A stretch of 64,000 nucleotides of DNA from Phoronis australis (Eukaryota > Animalia > Phoronida). Positions 49,661 to 62,424 of this stretch are shown piece after piece; position 1 is the first letter of the stretch, and every line of letters begins with the position of its first letter. A program made the translations under genes and the position numbers. The stretch covers positions 3,129-67,128 of the forward strand of contig NMRA01000168.1 in the NCBI GenBank assembly GCA_002633005.1, in the 5' to 3' direction. Below the pieces are notes generated by a model. It made no database searches, was not told the origin of the DNA, and saw only the letters and a list, made by a program, of their open reading frames with translations.

Positions 49661-51989
49661 AAGACTGTAGTTTTTAATGACACTAATTTTGTGTCAGATT
49701 TTATATTACCACTTTTTTACCCACATCGGTGTACCAAGGCTAGTTGAATGGCAGCTCATTTGTGGAATCTGCAGAAAATTTGCTTTCAAAGTCTAGTGTT
49801 GGTTCACGTCGAGAATTGGTAGGGAAATGGTGATTTGGGGCAGAAAATAATCAAATAATTAATTATGTGTTTTTTTTTTTCTTTTTTTTCGGAGGTTGCC
49901 TTCCTTTTCCGGTTGAAGCGAAAGGGTGAAACATGAAACCTACTAAAGTTTCTTTGGTCATGTGGAGTGGTTTTGATGTGAAATGGCTCACAGCTTTTCA
50001 TTGTATTGGTAGAGTTTTCGACAGAGTAGAAGAAAGGTAGCAAGTCCAGTGACGTGTGCACTAGCTTCCAGGCGAAACCTAGTCAGAGAACTGTACTGTG
50101 CCTTCCATAAACGGAAGGTATACATTGCTAATACAGGGAGTTCGCAAGCGTGCCTGACGCATGCGCAGTAATGCACTAGAGAACTAAGTTGAGTCTAGTA
50201 TCTCAAAGACGAAAAAGACTCTGTCGAGTTACATACTCCTTTTTTAGAAATTTCCTGTTTACCCGGGGTTAACCACTCAAAAAAGTGTATAATATGACGT
50301 CACAGGGGCTGCAGTGACTTCAATCGCTGAGCTAAATAGGCATAATGGATAATGAAACGAAATCGAGGATTCTTGTATTGTTTTGTGCCTTACGGACATT
50401 GATCAGATGTAAGACAGTAGCTGTCTTTAGCATGTGAGACTGCAACCAACGAAATACACGATTCCAACTTCGCAAAATTTGTGAACTTTGTTTGCTTCGA
50501 GTCACTAGGAATTGGGCTACTATGATCTAATGTATTCATAATGTAGTGGGAGCGTATGACGTTTTGCTCTCTTATATCTAGGATTCAGCTCTCACATAGT
50601 AGATTGATAGTAACCAAGGGATCAGAGGTATGGACAATTAAGAAGACACTATCTACAGACAGTTGCAGGAACATTAGTCCTTCTCTGGGCCTGTATCCAT
50701 GCCTTTTTAAGTCAAAAACTACATAAAGAGAGCTTTACCGCAAGCCAATCTAGGTTTTAACAAGAATGACACTCTTCAACGCATATCGAATTTACTTGAA
50801 TTAATTTTGATATTTTCAAATATATTTTTAATTTCCCGTAATGTTCTATTAACAAAATGACCACTTCAGTTCAACGGTATTGAATCTCGTATTTTTGACA
50901 AAACGTACATTCGGCAACTTTCATTGACGAGATGTTCACGTTGGTATGATGTCTCTCGATTTGCGGAACTCTCTCAGTGTTCTAAACTGGCGAGAATGAA
51001 GGAAACGTTAATTTTGAGGCACCTGTGTTGATTTGTAGCAAATATGAGGCGATCTCAAATCGTGAAACTTTAATCCAAATTGACTGCAATTTAGCGCGTT
51101 TTACCCAAAAGTCAGGACTTGTTGGAGCTAACCTTTTACTGTCTGTAAAGCGTGTCCTGTCATTTGCCTACATTGGAGATCATTGTCATGAAATTATCTC
51201 AGTACTTTATAAATACTTGTTCCAAGACTTTATGTATTCATGTACTTAAGAGATTTCACCCAATTTCATATGACACTGTCAAGACATGGAAAAGTATGAA
51301 ATCTAGAGAATCACCCCCTGAATTGCTGGGATTTGTTGATGTCCTTATACATTCAGTATAAATTCAAGCAGAGCTGGAATGTTTGAATGTGAGAGTGAAT
51401 GTGTTTTTTTTTTCGTTGTTGTTTTTTTTTTCTTTTCTGTTGCATTCCATAGTTAATTTCTCTTTCTGCGAATAAACATATTTACAGCAAAAAATAAGTC
51501 AGGTTTTATATTTTTCATATTATCTGGTTTACAAAATGCGTTTGTCCTGTAGGAAAGTTGCTCATCACCATACACCGCCCGAGTCGGCCATGTCGCAGCC
51601 TGGGTTAATCTACAGTCCATATTATTTCGATTGTCTATACAACTCAACTTCGTAGTAGATGTCAGACCAAGACGCCGAGTGGTAGCCTATCCTTAAAAAT
51701 TTACCTCCATACCACGGTTATTTCGCAGAAGGGTGTGCAAAGTTTCTTTTACGATTTTTATATTTCTTAAGCCATTAGTAATGCATTAGTTTTTTTTAGA
51801 TCCGGCCGGATTATCTCCACATGTAACCGGATGCGGATTTTTCAGATGAGAAAGTATGACATATCATGTATCAGAACCAATACCAAGCGACCATTTCTGC
51901 TTTTGATAACTTCTCTCTCAATTGACCCTTTGGCAAACTATTTTTGAGGGGACTCGCGAAATGTTTTAGCACGGGTAATTTACAATTGA

Positions 51990-52278
51990 TTGAAAATTGC
52001 CAAAGGTGTGCCTGTATACAAAAGAAATGACTTGGAAGATGAAAACCATATTGACTACATGCCTATCTTTCTACTTTCTGCCTTCTCAAATTCGACAAAA
52101 AATGCCTATGATCAGCTTTATGACTACCTCACTCACTGCAAACAATCTCTTATATGAATATCAGTAAGGTTTTCAGAAATCAAGATCCACAAAATTTGTC
52201 ACACTCAAACTAACTGACAAAATTAAGGGATGTACGGACATCGGGATAAACACAGCAACCATCTTTTTGGAACTTTGC
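51990..52278 (+). pseudogene. CR1/L2-group LINE RT fragment (repeated at ~52654-52942)
   Basis: LKIAKGVPVYK...YMPIFLLSAFS..YDQLYDYL..NNLLYEYQ*GFQKSRST...IFLEL. Confidence 0.75.
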
Positions 52279-53458
52279 NGTCCATGTTATTTCGATTGTC
52301 TATACAACTCAACTTCGTAGTAGATGTCAGACCAAGACGCCGAGTGGTAGCCTATCCTTAAAAATTTACCTCCATACCACGGTTATTTCGCTTAAGGGTG
52401 TGCAAAGTTTCTTTTACGATTTTTATATTTCTTAAGCCATTAGTAATGCATTAGTTTTTTTTAGATCCGGCCGGATTATCTCCACATGTAACCGGATGCG
52501 GAATTTTCAGATGAGAAAGTATGACATATCTTGTATCAGAACCAATACCAAGCGACCATTTCTGCTTTTGATAACTTCTCTCTCAATTGACCCTTTGGCA
52601 AACTATTTTTGAGGGGACTCGCGAAATGTTTTAGCACGGGTAATTTACAATTGATTGAAAATTGCCAAAGGTGTGCCTGTATACAAAAGAAATGACTTGG
52701 AAGATGAAAACCATATTGACTACATGCCTATCTTTCTACTTTCTGCCTTCTCAAATTCGACAAAATTGCCTATGATCAGCTTTATGACTACCTCACTCAC
52801 TGCAAACAATCTCTTATATGAATATCAGTAAGGTTTTCAGAAATCAAGATCCACAAAATTTGTCACACTCAAACTAACTGACAAAATTAAGGGATGTACG
52901 GACATCGGGATAAACACAGCAACCATCTTTTTGGAACTTTGCGAAATAACATGCGCAAAGCAGAAGAACCAACATGTTACTTAGGCCTCCTACAGGCCTA
53001 TTGTAACAGACACGCTGCTTAAGTTTCACTACTCATACTCAGCAAGTCTATCAGACTGCTTGAGGAATTTTGCAAGTGTTTTAATGTTTTTGTTGGCTAT
53101 GACAGTTGTCACTGAGATTGCTTTACTTTCAAAGCATACTTTTCAAAGGCTATGGTAAATGAAACACCGATCGACATGGCATTCTGGTGTTTAACCTTCT
53201 ATCCAGCATTTCGGGCAGCAGGATTATTTTGCTCGACACAGGGTCCAGAACAGAGTATTAGCCAGAATTTTGCCCATCAGATATTCGCACCCCCGAATTG
53301 CCAAATAGAATTAATTGGGAAAGTTTTAGGGGAGGCATGGCTCCCTTGGCCCCCTTCTAAATCCGTCACTGCGACCTCACCTCTGTCGTTTTTTCATGTT
53401 TCTGCAGCTCACAGTGACTGTTATCACCTGTATTAGCATTTTTTCAGTTTGAGACCTG

Positions 53459-53697
53459 GCTCCCGTTCCAAGAATGCTGACTTAGATGACTCAGACTATT
53501 CTTGAATTTCAGGCAATTTTAAGATAAAACTTGAATCTTCCTCAAGTCCATTTCAAGAAAGAGACTTAAGTTCTTGTCTCAAGTTTTGTCTGAAATTTGA
53601 GTGACTCTCCGGATGTGGAAGTTATGAAATTGGAAGTTGAGACAAATCTTAGATTTAAGTCAAAAATAAACTTAAGTCAGTTTCTTGGAACGGGCGC
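53459..53697. mobile_element. Harbinger-like MITE
   Basis: TIR GC(T/G)CCCGTTCCAAGAA with 3-bp TSD CTG on both sides. Confidence 0.7.
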
Positions 53698-53824
53698 CTG
53701 GTCAGACTCAAAAGCTTGCTAGTAAGACTGCGAGTTATCCAGCTAACCACCTCTTTTGTTCTTCGACAGTCACTTCTGCTAGTCCAAGATGTTTTACATT
53801 GTTTTAATGACTAACCCTTTTTCC

Positions 53825-54007
53825 CTAAGACACATGGGCATGTAATATTGGTTCAGGTATTTGAAATTCAATATCTGAATCAAGTTTGGATAATCGATCA
53901 GTTGCTTCACTACCCTGGATGCCATTTTGACTGGGGGTCCAGGCAACTGTGATACGGTTATATTTACCTAAATTATTTAACTTAGTGTTAACATTGCCGA
54001 ACAACAT
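53825..54007 (-). pseudogene. LINE RNase H C-terminal fragment
   Basis: RITVAWTPSQNGIQGSEATDRLSK resembles the WVPGHxGIxGNExAD motif. Confidence 0.6.
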
Positions 54008-54684
54008 GTTATTTCACACTGTCTTGCTACATAAAATTTCATTTTACGGTATAACTGGAGTCGAACATTTTTTTTAAATAATTTAACCAGTCGGCAGAAA
54101 TGTGTTTTACTTGGCAATTAAGAATCCACAAAATCAATTATCATCAGTGGATCTACACTTTTCCCCCTCCATTTTCTTCGTTCTCAACGAATCCACTTCT
54201 GATGATATTTTGTCTTTTACAGTAATAAGCTATCAGGCATACTCATATGGTTATCAATTAGAAATTTGTTAAATGTCACCAAAACTAAACATACGGTATT
54301 CCACTGCCCTCAAAAAATTAACTTAAAAATTAAGGTCATGTAGGACCTTATGGCCATGTCTGCGTAATTTTCCAAATAGCTACAAAGCTATAGATTTTAG
54401 CTCAGTAAAATTTGATACTTTCTGAAAGCAGAAAGCCAATAGAATTTGATTTGTGACTTGTTACCATTTTTCTATGAATTGGGTCACGTGGTACATTCAT
54501 GGCAAAACAACGGTATCGACAACATGACTAAATTTCTGTTTTATCCTTTCGTTTTCATTTTATGAAACTTAATTTTTTCATAAAAATTAAATAATAAGTT
54601 TTATTTTGTAGCCCGTCATTCAGAAGTGGAACAATATAAAACAATTCCTAACAGAGTTCTTCTGAACTTCTGAAAGTTTCATAT

Positions 54685-54917
54685 GGTCCGTGTGCTGGTT
54701 TCCAGTTCAGTTTCCAATTTGAAATTGAAAAGCAAAACATGAAATAATAATTCATTGTTCGATTTTCCATTCTCAATTGAACCATGAAATACATGTAATG
54801 GTTAGTTTTTCACGGTTCAATTTTTCATTCTCAATTGAAACGTGAAATATTGACGATTGTTTCATGGTTTTTTTCAATTTCAAATTGGAAATTGAACTGG
54901 AAACCAGCACACGGACC
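54685..54917. mobile_element. Palindromic MITE
   Basis: ggtccgtgtgctggtttccagttca...tgaactggaaaccagcacacggacc near-perfect TIRs. Confidence 0.75.
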
Positions 54918-56528
54918 GGTATTTTTTCATACAAGTCAGGAAATTTACACTCAATCTCATTTTAGATTGAAATCTGACCCTAGCTTTCCCTGTGGTGGCT
55001 GGTTTATGAATTTTCACTTCCGAAATTTGGTATATGAATAGAACTCGTAAAGTACTATCTGGAGTTTTTCATCTTTGGAAAGTCAGACCGGAAAAAAACA
55101 GGACACATATTTTCTATGCAAGATTTAAAAACAGGCCAAAACAGTTACTTTTACTCTGCAGGACCAAAAGTAAATACCTCAAAACTAGATTTTTCACTTA
55201 TGCAAGAATTAAAGACCGTCCAAAACATTTAATTCAAATCAAACGAATACGTTTTGTTAGGGATCAGATGCGGTTTTCGAGGGGGGTCAAGGGGGCCATG
55301 CCCCCCTAAATTCTCCCCGATTCCATTTGGCAGTTCGGGGGTGCAAATGTCTGATGGGCAAAATCCTGGCTAATACTCTGCCCGGCACCCTCCCCCCCCA
55401 ACTCAAAATCCTAGATCCGCCTCTGGGGAAGCATACAGTATATCTACGCTGAGAACTTTACAGGAAATTGCCACCCAATATCGAGTATGCGTTTTTACTG
55501 ACAATCATTTGCTGGCAGCTTTCCTCTACTCTCCCTCGCTGGTTGCGTAAAATCTACTTTTAGGGATACAGTCCTTTCCTCAAGCTCTGCGAATCAGCAA
55601 AGTTTACATCGTTATTTTCCCAGTGCTGTGGTCAACACAAGAACGGTACATTCCCAGATGAAATGACTTATCGATAGGATATGGAAGTAATATTCCTGTG
55701 TATGTGGGATAACCTATATGTATTGCAGAGACAGCCGGGTAGAGTCCAGCAGCTGTCTCGCGCCGGCGAGAAAATCTAGCCAAAGTCACGTGCTCTCATA
55801 AAATGCACGACAATATCTTGCGAAGTCTTGCTTTTATAGCGAGGTCCTGAACTTCAACTACCCAGGTCATAGCTGGATAGAGAATGGTCACGTGGTCTTC
55901 TGGCAAGAAAATGTTCTGTCTTGGCGTGATAAATTGTCGGTCCTGGTCTGTTAAATTGTTATCCTGGCGTCGTCAATTACAGGTCGTAACGTGATAAATT
56001 ATGGTTTTGAGTTGGTTTTTGGTCCTCCAGAGATTTCAATTCTTGAATACAAAATATGCATCTAAGAATTTTTTCCTCTTTGGCTTACGACTTACCATTT
56101 TTCATTGAGATTACCCCATGACTGCTCTTTCATTGATTAATTCCCGTGCCGTATCTCCGTCGTCCCTTGTCTGATTTTTCTAAAATTAAAGTCTGCAACG
56201 TCGTAAATGTTCTGAGTTTGGTGAATCTTGGGTGTGAATTGTTTCACCTGTCTATTCATCACTGTGTCGTGGGCGTGCACTTAATAGTGACGGATATACG
56301 CATATTAGTATTATATTAGTCATGCATTAGTAATTATATACCGATGAACAAACAAAAGTTTACTCAGTGATAGAAATCGGTCTACCAAACAGCATCAGTA
56401 GAAAATACCATAATTGGTAATATTGATTAAAATTTGTTGAATAGTTGCAGTAGCGTTCACCGTTCCATTTATTATGAAGATATACATGTTGCTTTGGTCG
56501 TTTGTCTTGGACCTTAATCGACAGTAGC

Positions 56529-56592
56529 ATGGCAATCACGGAAGCTTATCTTGTTCTAGTTTTTCTGGTCTACGTGGAATGTGGTACCACAC
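56529..56592 (+). CDS. Exon 1 of a paralogous lectin gene (MAITEAYLVLVFLVYVECGTT)
   Basis: 64-nt homologue of 3242-3305 with donor C|gtatgt, inside a duplicated block. The rest of the gene presumably lies beyond the window. Confidence 0.75.
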
Positions 56593-56862
56593 GTATGTAT
56601 TTTTATGTGTATTTGAAATTTCATGGCAAATCTAGTAATTTTTAACTTATATGTGCACGTGCAAAACGTTTGCTAAGACCTTACGAGTCAGTGACAAAAA
56701 TCATGCCCAGTCTCGCTTAAGTGTTAGTATTTGAAGTTCACTTTGGCAAAAAGAAGAATTAACTCTGATGCATGTTAGGATCGTGCGCCCTTTTGTAGAC
56801 AGGCATATTCTGTACATTTCTTTTGAATTTATCTTTTCTGTTAGTTTTTATCAAAAAATATT

Positions 56863-57242
56863 CGATACAGCCACGGTACGCTTGAGAGACAAAAAATTGT
56901 CTAAGATTTTCTCCATTACGTGGTGGATTTACTTTTTTGTACGTAGCGATTCAAAACTGCGATATTCGCTGGTGTCGGTGTTTAGCATCTCTAACTATGT
57001 ATGCATGAGGTGTTTAAACGTACGCCCTTTTCTGATTTTTGCGCATGGCGATACAGCCACGGTACGCTTGAGAGACAAAAAATTGTCTAAGATTTTCTCC
57101 ATTACGTGGTGGATTTACTTTTTTGTACGCAGCGATTCAAAACTGCGATATTCGCTGGTGTCGGTGTTTAACATCTTAACATCTCTAACTATGTATGCAT
57201 GAGGTGTTTGAACGTACGCCCTTTTCTGATTTTTGCGCATGG
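56863..57242 (+). repeat. Local ~186-bp tandem duplication in the paralogue's intron 1
   Basis: cgatacagccacggtacg... repeated at 56863 and 57049, with no N at the junction. Confidence 0.85.
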
Positions 57243-57655
57243 CGATACATTATCATCACCGACGCAAATGCTTAAAACTTTAGGCTGAGGAAAATGGCTG
57301 GTGTTTATCGAACAGAGCTATTCCTCAAACAGTTGAAATCTCATTAGAAATTATAAAACTTAGACCTTTTTCGATATCATATCGATTTCAGTATGTGAAA
57401 AGCAAGTTCGTTTTCATGCTGCAATAACTTGATATCGGATGCGCGAGGTCATGAATTCAACTAAGGTAGTTAAATAGGGCTGAAATGATGTCTTTACAAT
57501 TTTTTCTTCGTTTTAGTTGTAACTATGATTTAACCATCTTCTGTGCGTTCAAATATCGAAATCCAAAAATTCGGCTTGTGACCAACTGCTGTGATGCCCT
57601 ACATACCTCGTAGTTAGGCACTGATAACATCCGGGTCAAGAGCAACGGACATGTT

Positions 57656-60600
57656 TCTCGGATTATTTCGTGGGTAGTTTGACTATAATCAAGTAAACAC
57701 AAGGCGAGGATGAGAACAGTGATCGTTTATTCGACTTCCGGCGATAAGAAACGGGAATGCCGGGAGCGTCACCTAGTACTGAATATAGATAATACAACAT
57801 CTCCCTCCTTCTAATGCAAAGGTATAAAAAAGCTCACGTGGCCTAAACTGCAGTCTCTGACTACACAGATATATCAAATTAGTGCTCGTAGTGTTCACCC
57901 AGAGCAGTCCACTAGACGAGATGGGGGTACACTGACTCGTCCTGATCTGGTCACATATGGTGCATCGCTAGACGTGCGGTTGCTGGCGGTTTCTGCAGTG
58001 CTGGTGGTCTCGTCAGAGACAACTTCACGAATGTGACTTCGGCTGCGGCCCACAGGTGGTCGACCATCAGTTGAAACTTCTTAGGACCTATGTTCTGGGC
58101 GTACACGTGTTATCTCAGCGGGCTTCCATGTTCCGGTCTGTACGTCACGAACAGTTACAGGTTGTCCGACATGCAGGGGTGGTAACTGTTTAGCAGAGTA
58201 CTTCTGATCATGGTATTCAGCCATGGTTTGACGTTTGGTCAGCAGGAGATGGTAATGAGTTGAGTAGTCTGGGGAACGGAATCCGGTGAATGGTAGTTAG
58301 GAAGTAATGAGCGAACAGGTCTGCCGAATAACATTTCTGCAGGTGATGGAAGATGTGCGTCGATTCGAGTGGTGCGAAAAAGCATTAATGCCATTGAGAA
58401 GTCTTGATCTGATTTGATGGACTTCTTCAGTATGCTCGTTACTGTTTTCACCATACGTTCCGCGAAGCCGTTGGATCGCGGGTATCTTGGGGATGATGTT
58501 ATGTGGTTGATCCCAAGTTCTTGAAACATCGTTGTGTACGCTTGCCAATGTATTGTGGCCCATTGTCAGTCACAATCCCTCTCGGTGTACCGAACAAACA
58601 GATGGTACGTTTGGTAACCTCTGTGACATAGTCACAGGATAATTTCTCCAACCTGTGCACTATTGAATATTTCGAATGGTAGTCTGCAAGCACAAGATAG
58701 CTAGTGCCTTGGTGTTCGAAAATATCGGATGCTAATTTCGTCCATGGCGTGGACGGTACGTCGTGTGGGTGCAAGGGTTCTGGTCGGTTTTGGTCCCGAA
58801 ACTAGACGCAGGTTCTGCATGATTTAACCATCTTCTAGATATCGTCTTTGATACGCGGCCAGTACACACTCTCTCTACCCAGTCGTCAAGTGCGATCTAT
58901 GCCTTGATGTCCTGTGTGGAGCTGCTTTAGTATATCTTCTCGCAGTGGTTTTGGGATCAACACTTGGCAACCTTTGAAGATTATACCACCGGACACACCC
59001 AACTCGTCGCGAAAGCTCCAATATGATCGGAGATCGGTAGGCAGCTCTGCTATTGTGTCTGGCCATCCGGTGATGATGGTTTGGTGGAGATCCTGGGGAG
59101 TAGGATCTTTGGTGACTTCGTCTCGTAAGGCATTACACTTGTGTGTGCCGAAGTTGATGAGGTCAATGCTGGTACCATCTACCGAGATGTCAAGAGGGGC
59201 ATCTTCCGTCTTAGTCGGGTTAGGTAGGCGACAGGATCATCTTACTACCTGGCTGGTTGACAATGTTGAAATCGTAGTCTTGGATCTTGACAAGCAGTCG
59301 CTGGAGTCTCGGCGGAGCACTAGTAAGTGGCTTGATTCAAATCATCACTAGAGGGAGGTGATCTATGACGACTTCAAAACTGCGTCCCAAAGAGATATGT
59401 ATGGAATATTGTTATGCCGAAAACAAGACAAAGGGTTTCTCGTTCTATGTTAGAGTAGTTTGATTGTGTTGGTGACAGTGCTTTAGATGCGAATGACACA
59501 CGTTTGCCACTCTGAGATAGGCAGGCTCCCAGCCCTTTCTGGGATGCATCGACTTCCAGGGTTAAGGGTAGGTTCTTGTCATAATATGCTAGACAGGATT
59601 CAGGTGATATGTAAGACTTGAGATTTTCGAATGCCTGTTCATGGTCTTCATGTCAGTCGAACGGGACAGTCTTCTTCAACAGCTCACGGAAAATGGCAGA
59701 TTTGTCCGCATATGATGGTATGTGGGCAGACATGTAGTTGAAGATACCCAAGGCTCTGGAGATCTTCTTTGTTCTAGGGTGTCGGTATAGCACGAATGTC
59801 TTCCACTTTCTGAGGATCAAGCTTGATACCGTCTTTCGTGTAGAGTGATCCAAAGAAATTAATGTGATCCACCTTGATGCCACACTTGGTGCTGTTGAAG
59901 ACCAATCCAAATTTCTCTGCAACATGTAGAAGATGGCGTAGACGCTCGTCATGCTCTTCCTCGGTCGCTCCAAAGACTGCAATATCGTCAGCAATTCCGA
60001 CACAGCCTGGGACTTGGCAGGTGATGTTGTCCATTTTCTGTTGGAACAGGTCTTGTGATACAGACAGGCCAAAAGGCAGTCGAAGGTAGCAATATCGCCC
60101 AAAGAGTGTATTGAAGGTGGTGAGAAGCTGCGAGGTTTCATCAAGGTGCACGGACCAGTAACCACTTTTTTTTTCATAATTTTATTCTTCAATAATATAC
60201 ATTCATTGATAATTTTTAAAGGGTGAAAGGGTGAACAAGGAAAAGGGGCAAGGACTTTCACTCACACACTCGCACACTCATTCACACATTTCATCATTTA
60301 ATGATAATACTACTAAACAATATATGAGTTAAGTATATTACAGATATTACAGATTCATTGCATGGCAGCACTGAGGCTCTCCCATATTTTACTATTAATA
60401 ACCACTTTTGGCATCAAGCTTCGAGAAGTATTTGGCGTTGGCAAATTCAGGGTTGGGCTCCTTGAGTGTGGGTATCTTGTGAGGACACCGCTTCAGGGCA
60501 TTGTTAAGTCTTCTGGGGTCAAGACATATTCGCATCGAGGAGTCCTTCTTCGTGGTTACGACTATTGAGCTGCACCAGTCCGTATGGTTAGTAACTTTGC

Positions 60601-62424
60601 GAATGACGCCTTGCTTCTCCATGTCGTCAAGCTGGTCCTTGATTTTGGGTTGAAGATGTACGCTGCACTTCCTCGTTGGGTCGATGGAAAGAATCGCGTC
60701 ATCCTTAAGATCTAGGCGCACTGGGTCTGGCATGTTTTCAATTTTGTCAAACTGATCAGGGAACATCTGAATGAGGTCATCAGTGGTATTGATCGGTGCA
60801 TCTGGGGTTGATGAGACGGATGTGTTAGGCGATGTCGCATCGACGTTGATAGTTATAAGCTTCATGGCTTCACACGCGGGTAGACCAATGATGGACGGGT
60901 TTTCCACGTCGTCAACATAGAATCTCTGCTGAAGCCAGTCGGGAGATTTGACGCGGCACTGTAAGTCGATGTAACCAAGGCAGGGTATCGACGTGTTGTT
61001 ATATGCAGAAAGAGTTCTGCTAGTTGGGTGTAGCTTGGCTTGCCAATTTTCGGGGTACATGGTTTTCACAGTACGTAGTGGTAAGGTGTTGCAACCTGAG
61101 CCGGGGTCAACCTTGGCATATAGGTGATGTTTACCTCGAGTGTCTGGACATTTGTTATCCAGTGTGCAGAAAACTTCCTCTCGAGGACGGGGCTTGATAA
61201 TTGCGTGTACGTCTGGGGATTCATCGGGGTCTGATGGGGTTATGGAGTGGAATGTAAACGCATAGCTGTCATCGTCGTTGCTGGAGTTCGGCTCAATGTG
61301 GTGTGTCTTCTTCTGGTGTGAGCGTCCCGTGCTCTGGTGTTGTTTTTGATGTGGGCGCTGGCGTTTTTGGCGTTGTCCATGTTTTTGGGGTTTTTGTTTG
61401 TCATGGGTGCCCTGGGTTTGTCGACGTTTAATTTTGCAGCATTTCTCCCAATGACCCATGTTGTGACAGTGAGAACACTCATCATGGAATGCAGGGCAGC
61501 TTTTGGGTGGGTGTTTTGTTCCACAGTTGCTGCAGTCTATGTTACGTGCAGGTGTGATGGCATCCACCGACTTCACTCCGTGTGTCATTTCTGAGATTGA
61601 CTGTTCAGAAGCTTTTATGGCTTCATACTTGCGCCCTTTCTCGATTATTGATGCGATAGGATGGCCTTTTTCTTTTGTTAGTAGCTGTTTTCGGAAATCC
61701 TCGAAAGGTGTCGAAAGTATTATCATCTCGGTTAGCCATTCAGCCAGTTCACCGTCAGGTAGTTCGCATTTGTTTGCCTTTTCTCGCAGGCGAGAAATGT
61801 AGTCATGATTGTTTCGTCAGGCTTCTATCGCATGGTTGATAGTTCCAAACGATGTACACGAAAGTTTACTTTGGTTGTTGCATCTACTTGTTGTTCAATC
61901 AGGTGGTACAGTTTCTCAGGTTTGTTCTGGTCGGCGGTGCTCATTCCCGAGTTGAGAATCCGGCGCATGCCCTCATCTCCAAGCGCTATTTTCATCTTGG
62001 TCGCTTTCTTAGTAGTGTCGGTGACGTCATTGTCTACTAAAAAGAGGTCCATTCGTGCTCGGAAGGAACGAAAACAATCGCACAGTGGCTCATACTGCCA
62101 ATTCATGACGGGCATTGGGGTTGTCATTGTCGATTTGTGCGCAGGCGGTGACGGCGAGGTGAGGTCACGGGTGAGGTCGGCACAACTTCCCGATAATTTT
62201 GACAGTCAAATGTTTTTAAAAAATCACTTTCAATAGTTACTTGAGTGTTCTATAATCCTACCGTTGCCACCATGTCGGATTATTTCGTGGGTAGTTTGAC
62301 TATAATCAAGTAAACACAAGCTGACAACGCGAGGATGAGAACAGTGATCGTTTATTCGACTTCCGACGATAAGAAAAGGGAATGCCGGGAGCGTCACCTA
62401 GTAGTGAACATAGATAATACAACA
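57656..62424 (-). mobile_element. Full-length decayed Ty3/Gypsy LTR retrotransposon (Mag-like)
   Basis: LTRs at 57656-57799 and 62273-62424 (5 substitutions plus an 8-bp indel) and 5-bp TSD ATGTT. PBS tggtggcaacggtaggatt resembles a tRNA-Leu 3' end; PPT at 57800-57812. Gag with two Cys/His knuckles, protease KVDPGS, RT (IADD), RNase H and integrase (TDNGPQY, SNGFAER). Confidence 0.95.
60170..60398 (-). mobile_element. Short poly(A)-tailed LINE 3' end (L1/Tx1-like) inserted in the Gypsy RT
   Basis: 11-bp TSD taaccactttt (60159-60169, 60399-60409). The minus strand ends in aataaa..aaaaaaaaa. The insert splits DAKSGY|WSV. Confidence 0.8.

Noticed and set aside
51617-52942. Near-identical ~663-bp tandem duplication
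   Set aside because: The junction is the N at 52279; scaffold overlap artefact.
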